Shown: positions 47,090-57,737, counted from the stretch's first letter. The stretch is DNA of 64,000 bases from an uncultured Nitrososphaeraceae archaeon (GCA_963825865.1 CAWGVG010000036.1:32001-96000), one strand, 5' to 3'. Numbers and translations are program-made. Notes: generated by a model not told the origin, from the sequence alone.

Positions 47090-47831
47090 CATATTAGATG
47101 ACAATGGGTAACAGTCTAAAGTTAGTTCAAAAGGTCCTTTTGTTCTTATCTGTAGAATGTAGGTTAAATAAAATTGAAAATAGACCGATCACTCAATGAC
47201 AGTAGCATAAACTATTGATAGTATAGTATTTGAATAAATTTGCCAATATGCGATTAGTAGCAGTAGCTACAATATACCAGGCACGTTGGACTATGACGCA
47301 TCAATAAGTATGGTGTATGCCTTAAACCCCTTGAACAATACGGGGCTGTGACTCTAAAGAGCCCCTCATCGTGCAGTATTAAGGAGTCTTTTATAATAGC
47401 TGAAACCAAATAAATCCCTTAGACAATTATTTATGCAATAGAATTTGCCTAAATAGACAGGACTTTTGATATTATAATTAGGTATTACTTTTAAATTATT
47501 ATCTTATTCCATAGTGAATTTGCTTACTTACTTCCTGCCTATTGAATCTTATAATATTTTCATAGTTAGTGGCAACTATAAAAATATGTACATATATCTC
47601 TCCCTCCCTCCCCCCAAGGTGTTCCTAATCTTATTAATTCATGTCAACAAATATAGATAAAATATATGCATGAATATCTTTCATTATACAATTTTTCATA
47701 TGGACAGTGCAGTGAATATAAGAAAAGAACACCCCCTATTTATCTCGGATGTCATTATTGTTACTCATGTCAGGATAATGATAATAATATGTTAAATCTC
47801 CAGAATCGCCAAGGAGCGCAAAAGATAGGGC

Positions 47832-48539
47832 TTGCCATTCACATATAGGCAGCAACAACACCCAAAAGGTTGTGATTCTATTATGATTAGTAAAAGACTA
47901 CGTTACTATGATCCAAAACATTTACTTTCAAAAAATAAAGAGGAGGATGTTATTTACTCTATATCCGTTATGAAAACGCTAACATATTGTCTTGATATGC
48001 TAAAAATAAAAGAAGACACTGAATTTCATAGAATTGCTGTTGAACTTATTCGAAAAAAAGTGCCGGTAGAAACTGTAAATGATAGCAGTAATGATTGGAT
48101 TACAATTATGAAGGTTATAGCAGATATATGTTCAGATAATGGTCAAACCTTTTCTCAATCAGGATTGTCTGACTTTCTGACTTTGGCTACAAAAGGTATA
48201 TTTGAAAAAAGAATGAGAGGAGGAAAAGCAGGAATAGTAAATGATGTAATATTTAAGATCTACGGAGATATTATTGAAAACTACCAAAACTTCGATCAAA
48301 CTTTAATGTCAAATTACCCAAGAATTATCGTTAACACTATTTCTATCATTAACAAAGGGATGGATACCGAAGGTAAAAAAATAGATGCTTATAGCTTATA
48401 CGGGTATTATCAATCACAAAAAATAATAAAAGTAGAAGAAGAAAAAGCAAAAGCTTTGCAGGAACATCCAGGCATACCTCAAGATAACAACGAAGAAGAA
48501 GAAGAAGAAGAAGAAGAACGAACAACAAGATCTTATTGA
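47832..48539 (+). CDS. Hypothetical protein
   Basis: 235-aa ORF with acidic tail; real start may be an internal ATG. Confidence 0.65.
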   Translation: MPFTYRQQQHPKGCDSIMISKRLRYYDPKHLLSKNKEEDVIYSISVMKTLTYCLDMLKIKEDTEFHRIAVELIRKKVPVETVNDSSNDWITIMKVIADICSDNGQTFSQSGLSDFLTLATKGIFEKRMRGGKAGIVNDVIFKIYGDIIENYQNFDQTLMSNYPRIIVNTISIINKGMDTEGKKIDAYSLYGYYQSQKIIKVEEEKAKALQEHPGIPQDNNEEEEEEEEERTTRSY

Positions 48540-48561
48540 AAGCCTTACTCAGATAACTGGT

Positions 48562-48918
48562 ATGGGAATGAAGGACTTAAGAGAGTCACTTGCAAAGTTG
48601 CAGGGTTCAGATGTTAAAAAGATTAGCGATCTTTGCCTCAACTATAACAAATTACAAAAATATAGTATGTTAATAGGAGAATCGGAAGGAGAATTTAGTC
48701 ATGAGGTTGAAAGGGAATTTGGAAGAAAACTCACAGACACTCAGCTGCAACATGCTATTAAATCCATACGAAAAGTTAGAACATATATTGCAAATATTCT
48801 TGATGATAAATTTGTACCCCATGATTCGCATGGCATAAACCATGTCAAACACAACCTCGAATATGGTTTTCAGTTAATGGGTCTAATAGAGTGTAAGAGA
48901 AGAAGTCTGCGGCATTAA
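48562..48918 (+). CDS. Hypothetical protein with partial HD-domain-like motif
   Basis: PHDSHGINHVKHNLEYG resembles the first helix of HD domains. Confidence 0.55.
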   Translation: MGMKDLRESLAKLQGSDVKKISDLCLNYNKLQKYSMLIGESEGEFSHEVEREFGRKLTDTQLQHAIKSIRKVRTYIANILDDKFVPHDSHGINHVKHNLEYGFQLMGLIECKRRSLRH

Positions 48919-49428
48919 AAATTTACTATGAGGAATAGTTCAAACTTCCTCCTTTGCCCCCTCATCTAACTATTACTTTGGATATTATTTTTATATAATA
49001 AGGGAATGAGCGCAAATAACACTTGGATCTTCTTGTTCTCCAGCACTGATTTCTGTTGGACTAACAAGTATTTTCCATGTAGAGGTAGCTGGCGTTGGAT
49101 CTGTTACCTTATGTATCTATTGCTCAATAACAAAAAGCTATCCGGCGCTGTCAATGATAATGACCGTCTGAAAAAAAGATTAGTTGGTAGATAAATGAGT
49201 TAGGAATGGAAAAAGTACTGAGTAGAATAATAAAAGTGAATTAAAAGATAATCAAATTGCTTTATTATATATAATTTTATTTGCTAAAACACTCAAACTT
49301 TATCTGCTGACTTCTTTAGCCATTAATAATGCTATTTCTTTGTATGAATGATTAAATTATTGACTGCTACTGATCACTTTCACCCTTTGTTTTCTAAAAC
49401 CTTCTCTATTAACCAATTAATCATTTTC

Positions 49429-49641
49429 TTATACTGCGATAAAATCAAAGCTGATAACTAATGGCTCGCTTGAGAAATATTTTCCTTTCGCATTGACAAC
49501 AATACCCGCATAGTCGCAATAGTCATTTAACATCCTTTTGAATAGTTCTTTCTCTTTCTCTGAATTCAAACTATTTGCAAAACGCTTCCACGATTCTATT
49601 TCTACAGTAAGAATGTCTTTGTTTAAAAATAGGCTAGTCAA
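49429..49641 (-). pseudogene. Small hypothetical protein, paralogue of 37830-38060
   Basis: DILTVEIESWKRFANSLNSEKEKELFKRMLNDY...SEPLVIS. Confidence 0.55.
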
Positions 49642-49984
49642 AATGATCGTATTTCAAACTATTTCTATCCTTTTAAGAATTGGAGCACCAAGAAGGGAGA
49701 GAGGGGGTTATGCCCCGATCAATGATAAAATAGCAAATAATATCTCTTGAACAAAAGTTCTCACCATATTTGTTACATATCGAGAACCGGTAATGGAAAT
49801 TGACAAATCCAATCTGCTATTGTTTTTTGAGTTATGTCCTGGGCCCAAATGTTATGTCATATTTGTTCTCAATCCCGATGAAGACAAAGTATCATGTGAA
49901 CTAGTCTTAAATTTACTTCAATACCTAAGAACTACTAATTACAAGGGATAGAAGAATCGATAAAAATTCTTGCAATAGAATACT

Positions 49985-50305
49985 TTAACTGCGATATTGT
50001 TCTAAATATGCCAGCGTGAGCGAATTGTTTACGGTCATTCGTTTGAATTCTCGATGCCCAATCTTTTGATATAAGTATAAGTTACGAACGCTCTGGTGGC
50101 AAGTAAATAGTTCATAGCGATCAGCTGATGTAAAGTATTCCTCAATTGATTGCATAAGGATAGTTCTGATGCCGTAGTTTTGATGGTCTGGCTCTACTAT
50201 CAATCGTCCGATAAATGAGGTCTCTTTTTCAGGATAAACACGCACTGAACCAACAATTATGTCATTTTTTACGGCCTTGATAAATACTTGACGTTTAAAC
50301 GTCAA
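49985..50305 (-). pseudogene. GNAT N-acetyltransferase, N-terminus lost
   Basis: IVGSVR, IGRLIVEPDHQNYGI, NLYLYQKIG. Confidence 0.75.
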
Positions 50306-50579
50306 GTGATTTAATCTATGCTTTGCATTAAAGGGGGATGCAGAGGATGTCAGTTTTCCTTTGATTCAACTATTAATTTATTTTGTCCGCAATATCTCTT
50401 GGATGTTTGATAGACTTCATCTTTGGTACTTTATCAGACCCGATAGAATCCTCTGCGACTGCATTTTTATAAATGACTTATCATTGTCTCAATAGTTATA
50501 TAAGCTAATTCTATATAATCAATGCAGAATATAGTATAATAATAAATGTTAAAAATTAATAAATTTCATTCAAAACCTG

Positions 50580-50876
50580 TTGGGTATGATGACTATGAAA
50601 TATAAAACAAAACCACATCTACTGTGTGCGCTAGCCCTTTCAAGCATACTTGTCACATCCTTTATTGCTGTTGTCAGTCAATTTGAACAGAAGGCATTGG
50701 CACAAAATGCAAGCTCAAATCCGTTAGGTAAGGTCCCTGTAATAGGAAAGCTTATGGGTGGAAACACAACAAATACGACATCATCTAAAAGTGGTGCAAA
50801 TGCAACATCAGGCAATCAAAGCTCAAATCCATTATCAAATGTACCTATAATAGGAAAGATTTTAGGCGGAAAATAA
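50580..50876 (+). CDS. Small secreted protein with two amphipathic repeats
   Basis: Signal ending ALAQ; SSNPLGKVPVIGKLMGG and SSNPLSNVPIIGKILGGK. Confidence 0.75.
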   Translation: MGMMTMKYKTKPHLLCALALSSILVTSFIAVVSQFEQKALAQNASSNPLGKVPVIGKLMGGNTTNTTSSKSGANATSGNQSSNPLSNVPIIGKILGGK

Positions 50877-51159
50877 TTGATGATCGAAACTATGGTATCT
50901 TCTTTTTTTCAAGTTCAAAGAATACCATATTTTTGTTTTCTTATTTTTTGTCTTGAGGAGTCTAGAAAAGTCTAAAGAATTCTTCGGTTTTTTTGTCTCA
51001 ATGTCTATATCTCACAAGATAGGACGCTATTACTTTTTTACCAGATTATATTTTCAAAGGTAATCTGACGATATGCTAAATTAAATTCAGAACATTCCCT
51101 TTTACAGTTAATTATCGTTCTAAATGAATCAGTATATTACTATTCCTCATACTCATACA

Positions 51160-51700
51160 ATCTACTACAATCACAGCAAAAAGGTTTTCGATAGCAGATT
51201 GTATAGAATTGTTATATTTTATAATATAACATATATTATGTACTTAAATTGGGTTAGTACGGAATGCATTCGTGGCGTAAATTCCTCAAAAAACTAACCA
51301 AAATTCAGCTGATATATCTAGCTTATCATTGTTTATGAATGTCAAATATTCCAAGCTTTTGTCCCAAATATTGTGAGTATTTTCAAAACACTTATAAAAC
51401 TACTTTCTAATTTTAAAGTCCGTTTAATTGGTAATGATTGTTCATAAAATCACAAGAAAGAGATATTCACCTATTAAATTGAAATGTACAATTGCTAGTC
51501 AGAATACGCGCATTCAAATAGAGTAATATTTTCTATACACTTTATTATATAGTAATAACAGATTGCTATAATAGACTAACAATAGATAAATTAGTAACTT
51601 CACCTCGTTTGATATCATCAATAACTATCTAAAATAGGTCAGCAATAACAAATAGCACTTACTTCCTCAAGTCAAATATATGGAACCATCGTAATGCCTG
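51160..51700 (+). promoter_or_regulatory. Dispersed upstream element, copy E (long)
   Basis: AATAGATAAATTAGTAACTTCACCTCGTTTGATATC...GGTCAGCAATAACAAATAGCACTTACTTCCTCAAGTCAAATATA. Confidence 0.8.
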
Positions 51701-51715
51701 GTGACGAAAATCCAT

Positions 51716-52201
51716 ATGAACAATACAAAAACTGTATCAGCAATAGTTGCTGTCTTAATAGCAGGAGCATTAGTAGTAGGCGGAACATCCGCAGCAATGA
51801 CAACAGGACATTCAGCATTTGCATGGAAGCAAGACTCCTATAAGAAAAAAGGAGACAATAGCTACAAGAAAGATGGACAAGATGGTTACAAGAAACAAAG
51901 ACAAGATTCCTACAAGAAAGAGAAAGATACTTACATGAAAGGGGGAGAAAATTCCTACAAGAAAGGAAGACAAGCTAATGGAAATGGGTATGGGAACGGT
52001 AACACGGACACCATCCAGACAACCACACAAAACGGGAAAGTGAGTGGGTTCCATAACACACTAGAACAAGAAGCTTCAAATGTTATCTGCACTCATCCAG
52101 GTGAGGGAGTAGCAGGTGCAGATTCGGCACTGTTGAAGGATCAGCATCCTGTACCAATGAAAGCGGTTAGAATAGTAGCTGTAGCTGTTACTATATGTTA
52201 A
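51716..52201 (+). CDS. Secreted CTHP-motif protein with DSYKK repeats, close paralogue of 42148-42678
   Basis: MNNTKTVSAIVAVLIAGALVVGGTSAAMTTGHSAFAWKQDSYKK...EQEASNVICTHPG; C-terminus probably frameshifted. Confidence 0.8.
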   Translation: MNNTKTVSAIVAVLIAGALVVGGTSAAMTTGHSAFAWKQDSYKKKGDNSYKKDGQDGYKKQRQDSYKKEKDTYMKGGENSYKKGRQANGNGYGNGNTDTIQTTTQNGKVSGFHNTLEQEASNVICTHPGEGVAGADSALLKDQHPVPMKAVRIVAVAVTIC

Positions 52202-52842
52202 GGTAGTTTTTTTTACTACTACCACATCATTTTTTTTCTTTTTGCATTAATGTTATGATTAAAATAATTCTGATATCTGAGATAAATGTCCATCATCATC
52301 ATACATGGTTATTCACAAATGTTGCAATCCAGGATTTTGTGTTACTGATTATTAGTGACATGTATCATAATTACATATCATATTCATTTCAACCAAATAA
52401 GGCGGTTTCGACATTCCATTATTATTATTATTATTAATATTATGCTTAGAAACTATGTATAATCTGAAAAATAGTCTGATCTCCTGTGAATCCTTTCAAG
52501 TTATTAAATGGCCTTTTTTAGTACCAATTAATGCCTGTGTCAATTGTCATAGTTTTTCTATTATTGAAATCAGTTGTATCAATTTTTTTAAATACAGCAG
52601 TTTCAACAACAGCTATTGCTTCCTCATATTTCTTCGTCTTCTGCTAAGAGAAGAAGAAGAAGAAGAGTGACAAGATTAGTCTGTCTAGTACTTCATTAGT
52701 TGCCGAACCTGACGAGTGTGTGCCAACAACTGAAGGCACGGCGGGGGAGACTCGAATAGCAGCTACAGCATCTCTTACCATATGAGAAGGTAGTTCTTTA
52801 CTACTATCACCTTGTTTTCCTTTTTTTGTTTCTCAACGACAG

Positions 52843-52915
52843 CTAGGAACACAGGATAAAGAACTATCATTCAGATGCATCGCCTACAACATGCATAGAA
52901 TGACTAATCTTTTCC
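52843..52915 (+). pseudogene. Transposase C-terminal relic (IS4/IS5-like)
   Basis: Frame reads LGTQDKELSFRCIAYNMHRMTNL, resembling DDE transposase C-termini. Confidence 0.4.
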
Positions 52916-52974
52916 CATTAGTGAAGATTAGTATTGGGCCCTGTATTTCATACGGTTTATTTATAATCATTTGG

Positions 52975-53035
52975 TTGTAACAAATAACACTAACAATAGA
53001 TAAATGAGCAACTTCACCTCATTTAATACTCCCAA
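52975..53035 (+). repeat. Partial orphan copy of the dispersed upstream element (copy F)
   Basis: AACAATAGATAAATGAGCAACTTCACCTCATTTAATACTC without the downstream core. Confidence 0.65.
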
Positions 53036-53372
53036 AAAACTTGATATGTTACTCATCCTACTAGTCATGGAGAAGCATTAACAGTGCGTCCTCCAGTTGG
53101 AATCCTGTACAAATGAAGGCAGTGACGGATCAGCCATACCACAACCAGAGCACAAAGTAGATGAGTATCCACAACACTTCTTTATTTTTTAATTTTAAAA
53201 AAGATGATCTTATGCTCAAAAAATCATTATAAAGTTTTAGTCTATTATGGAGTTACGCGTATTCGAGTTTCATTTGCAGAAATTCAGCTTCCGATTAAAC
53301 ACCTTTGCCTTTGCTAGTCATTAATAATTGTCTACAAATTTGATATTTATTAAAATCCTTGATATTTTTATT

Positions 53373-54560
53373 CTAATTAAATATACTGTCCTTTATTTTC
53401 TTTTTAACATCATTTATTATATTATATGCAAGATCGTTTATATTGTTGGTGCTGCTATTACTACTACTATTATTATTACTACTACTATTAAATGCCATTG
53501 TTGTTGTCTTGTATGCAGAATTATAGCCAGGTGCGAATGCTTGTACTGTGGTTGTAAAACTACCGCTACTGCTGCCATGATTATTGTTATCATTGGAGTC
53601 TGGCTTTATATCAACAGAGTATGTAGCCTCTCCTTTATAACCAGAAATCATTTTTGTTGTACCATTAGAGATAAAAGTGATCTTCAATTTTACAACGGCA
53701 TAATCAATTTTTTTACCTGATGTTACGTCATAAGCTATAGCGGTTACAGTAGATTTGCCTTTTCCATTAACAATATTTTGAGAAGATTGAATAGAGATTG
53801 ATAATGGTTTTACTTTATTATTAATATTATTAATATTATTATTGTTATTATTGTTTGTTTTAGATGCTGATAATGCTGAGGATGTCGTAGAAGGTAAAAC
53901 TTGAGGAACAGTAAGTTCATTATTATTTCCTTTTAGTATTTTCGATGATGATGTAGTATTGTTTCTCTTATACAAAGTTGGTTTCGTATCATTATGCCCA
54001 GTTGACATCACTGGCTGTTGGATTATAGCTGTAGTTGTTGTCTGAGTATCATTAGTTTTTGATGGTATTATTGTCACTCCAGTTACATTTACACTAGACC
54101 ATTTTGTTAAGTTAGTAGAAGTAGTTATCGAATTACTACTAGTGTTGTTATTGCCATTCAGACAAGATAATTTACTGGTTATTTTATTCTGTCCTTCTTT
54201 TATAGGAGTATATTTATCATGCAAAAGTGTAAAATTCCATTTAGAATAGTCATTTATTCCATTAGGACCGGATGCTGTAGCGTTTTGATATGGTTTTATA
54301 TTATTTATTATAACTGAAACATAACAATTTCCAATATCAGTAGCTGTAGAGGTTCCTAAAATATTAAAACCACTACCTACTGGCACTGTTTGATTGTGAA
54401 TAGGAGATATGATCTTTATACCTAATGATTTTGCCGTCTGTAGTTCCTGTCCTTCAGAAAAACCACTCCTACTAATCCAGACAGCAGCAGACAGAATACT
54501 TATTACAAGAACAAACCGAAACAACGAAGAGAATGACATATTTTTTAATATCAATCTCAT
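53373..54560 (-). CDS. Secreted Asn/Ser/Thr-rich protein with Ig-like domain, paralogue of 24212-25459
   Basis: IKIISPIHNQTVPVG...CYVS...KPYQ...DYSKWNF...NKITSKLSC. Confidence 0.8.
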   Translation of the reverse strand: MRLILKNMSFSSLFRFVLVISILSAAVWISRSGFSEGQELQTAKSLGIKIISPIHNQTVPVGSGFNILGTSTATDIGNCYVSVIINNIKPYQNATASGPNGINDYSKWNFTLLHDKYTPIKEGQNKITSKLSCLNGNNNTSSNSITTSTNLTKWSSVNVTGVTIIPSKTNDTQTTTTAIIQQPVMSTGHNDTKPTLYKRNNTTSSSKILKGNNNELTVPQVLPSTTSSALSASKTNNNNNNNINNINNKVKPLSISIQSSQNIVNGKGKSTVTAIAYDVTSGKKIDYAVVKLKITFISNGTTKMISGYKGEATYSVDIKPDSNDNNNHGSSSGSFTTTVQAFAPGYNSAYKTTTMAFNSSSNNNSSSNSSTNNINDLAYNIINDVKKKIKDSIFN

Positions 54561-54992
54561 AATAACCTTCTTAGTAATTCGCAGAATAAAAAGCTAAGGT
54601 ATATTATATCTGCAAATATCTTAGTTTAGATTATGAAGGATGACATTTAATATGTTTTGTTTTAAATGATTGATCCTATCGTAGTTGTTTTAGATAATTA
54701 TTAGCGATTGTAAGAAGATTAGACAACATGCTGCTTATTCATATCTTCCGGAAGAGTTGGTTGTAATGCAAAAGCAAGAGTGTTTAAAGTCTGTAGCGGC
54801 ATTGTTAATACTGATATCATTGAAGACAATGATGATGGCGATTCGATTATATCAGCCACAATTATAGCTAATGTAGGCAGCAACAATGATGTGGTTATTC
54901 TTAATCCTGAAAATGTTATTCATTTTTATAATTTCCTGTAAGCTAAATTATATAGTTTTTATTCGTTTAAAAGACAGTATATCTATGATAGC

Positions 54993-55253
54993 ATGCCAAT
55001 AGCATATGTCTTAATAAACTGTGAATCAGGATCTGAATCCATTATCATAAGGGAATTAAAACGATTGTCGCAAGTTGTAGAAGTCTCTAAAGTTGACGGC
55101 TCTTATGACCTAATAGCAAAAGTCACAGCTGATACAGTTGACAAGGTAAAAGAAGTTATTAGTTTGAAGATAAGAGGATTTGAACAAATCAGAACAACAT
55201 TGACATTAATAGCAATGGAAGAAGAAGAACAGAGAGAAAGAAAGAACAAATAA
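54993..55253 (+). CDS. Lrp/AsnC ligand-binding domain protein
   Basis: AYVLINCESGSE...VDGSYDLIAKV...IRTTLTLI. Confidence 0.9.
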   Translation: MPIAYVLINCESGSESIIIRELKRLSQVVEVSKVDGSYDLIAKVTADTVDKVKEVISLKIRGFEQIRTTLTLIAMEEEEQRERKNK

Positions 55254-55529
55254 TACTAAGAAGATATTATGATAAGAATTCTATGAAATTATATTTCCCA
55301 TATCTTTTCCTGTCCATTTATTTTCTAGTCTCCCTAAATCTATTAAGTTTTAACCATTACATAGTATTTCCAAACGTAAATGAAATGAAATATATTAAAA
55401 AATTTTAAAACATTTTTTGGTAAATTAAGTAACAAACGATGCCTTGCAATAAAAAAATTTATGCGATTAAGTGTAGGGGCAGGTACGCGATGCATACGTC
55501 ACTGTGCTAGTTAGACCATATGCTTCAAA

Positions 55530-55670
55530 TTGTTATTCTTTATATTCTAATAATATACTAATAATAGGTAAATGAATAACTTCACCTCGTTTGATATCCT
55601 CAATAATTATATTAAATAAGTCAATAATAACAAATAGCACTTACTTCCTCAAGTCAAATATATAGAACTA
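55530..55670 (+). promoter_or_regulatory. Dispersed upstream element, copy G
   Basis: AAATGAATAACTTCACCTCGTTTGATATCCTCAAT...CAAATAGCACTTACTTCCTCAAGTCAAATATATAG upstream of ATG 55686. Confidence 0.8.
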
Positions 55671-55685
55671 TCGTGACAAAAATAG

Positions 55686-56252
55686 ATGAACAACACAACA
55701 ACAGCGCTAGCAATAGCAGTTGTTATCTTAACAGTAGTAACATTAGTATCAGTAGGAGGAGGAATATTAACAATAACACCATCAGCAGCATTTGATATGA
55801 AGAAAGGAAAAGGAGGTGTAGAAGGAGGAGGACCAAATGGAAATACCATCAACGGGCAGCAGAAAGGTCAACGCCAGCTCGTCTGCACTCCTCCTAGCAA
55901 CAATTGTGTCCAAGAGGGACTTACGTCTATAGATGCTCAGAGTCCACCACGACCCACACCAACACAACTCCACGTAACCCAACGGATAGGACCTAGCAAA
56001 ACAATTACACCTGGTCAAGTCGGCGTCGTAGCCGTTACGTGTAACCCCGGTGAAATAGCTACCGGTGGAGGGTATACAGCATCAGCGAACGTTATCGTAG
56101 CATCCTCCTTGGCAGGTAACAGTAATACAGCATGGCTTGTTAATGCATTTAATAATAGTACCCAAAATGGAATTCTAGGCAGCAACTGCAGAATGTGCAG
56201 GTCTATTACCCTGATTGAAAGCTACAATGCACGTGACCTCTCTCCTAAATAA
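55686..56252 (+). CDS. Secreted CTHP-like-motif protein with C-terminal small beta domain
   Basis: MNNTTTALAIAVVILTVVTLVSVGGG signal; NGNTI...QLVCTPPSNNCVQEG; VTCNPGEIATGGGY...WLVNA. Confidence 0.8.
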   Translation: MNNTTTALAIAVVILTVVTLVSVGGGILTITPSAAFDMKKGKGGVEGGGPNGNTINGQQKGQRQLVCTPPSNNCVQEGLTSIDAQSPPRPTPTQLHVTQRIGPSKTITPGQVGVVAVTCNPGEIATGGGYTASANVIVASSLAGNSNTAWLVNAFNNSTQNGILGSNCRMCRSITLIESYNARDLSPK

Positions 56253-56639
56253 TGTAGCCGTCCTAGTAAGAGAGCATGTGTATAGAGATCTTTCAAATAC
56301 ATATCTGCTTCTCCGTCTGTCTAGATGAATTAGCAAACATAAGGCCAAAAGAGCACCTTATTAACATCTAAAATCACACCACCAACACCAAAGGTGTTTA
56401 TAATACAAGATTCTGATATTACGAATCATTAGTAACGTTCATATTCTTATTTTCCTTCTGTCAATAGTCTTATAAGAATCTCATCCTTTCTTACTTTGAG
56501 TTTATTGGATAATATGTTATATGCTCTGATGGTAAGAAATACACTTGATCTTATTTGGTATCAAATCTTTTATCGTATTTTATTTAAGTATGCATATAAA
56601 GAAGTTAATATGTTAGTTAATATGTTATACATTTTATTT

Positions 56640-56790
56640 ATCTCCATTTTGTTATAATAAATTGTATTATCTATAGATAAGTAAATAACTTCAATTGATT
56701 TGATATCATCAATATTTATACAAAATAAATCAGCAGTAAATTATATTATATAAATCAGCAGTAACTTCCTCAAGTCAAATATATAGATGA
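56640..56790 (+). promoter_or_regulatory. Dispersed upstream element, copy H
   Basis: AAATAACTTCAATTGATTTGATATCATCAAT...TAAATCAGCAGTAA twice...CTTCCTCAAGTCAAATATATAG upstream of ATG 56808. Confidence 0.75.
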
Positions 56791-56807
56791 GATTGTATTG
56801 AGAATAT

Positions 56808-57023
56808 ATGAACATGTTTCGAATAAATGAAGTAGAATATAGTAGTGTTATTAAAAAATTCAGAAGCATTAGTCGAGTGCACGAACACGACTTTGTATCA
56901 ATTATGAATGAAGGACAAAAATCAATTATTTGTTTAACATGTGGTTTTCTTTATTGTGGAAAGTGTGGTAAGTTAGTAACAATACATAATAAAAACTATT
57001 TACAGCATAATGTCTATAACTAA
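56808..57023 (+). CDS. Small zinc-finger-like protein
   Basis: HEHDF...IICLTCGFLYCGKCGK. Confidence 0.7.
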   Translation: MNMFRINEVEYSSVIKKFRSISRVHEHDFVSIMNEGQKSIICLTCGFLYCGKCGKLVTIHNKNYLQHNVYN

Positions 57024-57521
57024 TAAAGATTAGTCGATACAGAAGAAGATAAAATATTATTAGCTATGCAGCCTGTGCAAAACACTGTCCGAAAGTAATA
57101 GAACAACACGTTATTTACTATAATACGGCAGCAACAATAAAATTCAAAAATGATATATAAGTCTACGGCAGTTAGATGATGCTACCAACAACTGACAACG
57201 ATAATATCCTTTGCTTTGAGGAACACGCCGGAGTAGTTACAGGTTACAGTTAGTGAGATTTGTCCTTCAATTAGAATACATTATTATTTATTATTTATAT
57301 CTCAGATCATAGTCACTTATTATAGCATATCACAGTCTATACTAAATATCTGAAATACCATTTTTGTTGTCTTGTTAATTTGACCGTTCTTACTGAATAT
57401 ATTACCTTCAGCTATTAAAGCTAAAAGCTTGTCTTTTTGGGATTTGAAATTATTTTTGGAGTGAGTTAGCAGCAAATGTGTTTATTTAGTCTCCTTCTCA
57501 TATTATTTCGTCTATATAAAA

Positions 57522-57737
57522 ATGAATGAAAATTTTCTTCATACTGTGATAGCATTATTATTGATCGTATTGGTAGTTGGATTTTCGTTTTATTGGTCAA
57601 CCTTGTATCCAAACCCAATTGCTCAACAAATTAAGAGAGGGATAGAATTTCGTAATGCATTACTCAGATCATTTGAACAGTCGCATCCTAACTTAAAAGA
57701 TTGTCATTGGCAAGGACCAGATATTGCATGCAAGTGA
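57522..57737 (+). CDS. Small single-TM protein
   Basis: N-terminal hydrophobic helix, C-terminal C-x7-C. Confidence 0.55.
   Translation: MNENFLHTVIALLLIVLVVGFSFYWSTLYPNPIAQQIKRGIEFRNALLRSFEQSHPNLKDCHWQGPDIACK

Noticed and set aside
47340-47368. GGGGCT...AGCCCC hairpin as ncRNA or IS200/IS605 end
   Set aside because: Only a 6-bp stem, with no tnpA/tnpB or second copy to support it
37830-49641. Paired small paralogues at 37830 and 49429 as element ends
   Set aside because: Both look like decayed copies of a small multicopy gene; no flanking repeats seen
53440-53860. AAT/ACT microsatellite-like tracts (also 24750-24780, 48490-48520, 60190-60220)
   Set aside because: They encode poly-Asn/Ser/Gln/Glu stretches typical of low-complexity proteins in this lineage
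24080-56790. Repeated element as a CRISPR array or MITE
   Set aside because: Copies are dispersed rather than regularly spaced, no cas genes are present, and no terminal inverted repeats or target duplications are visible
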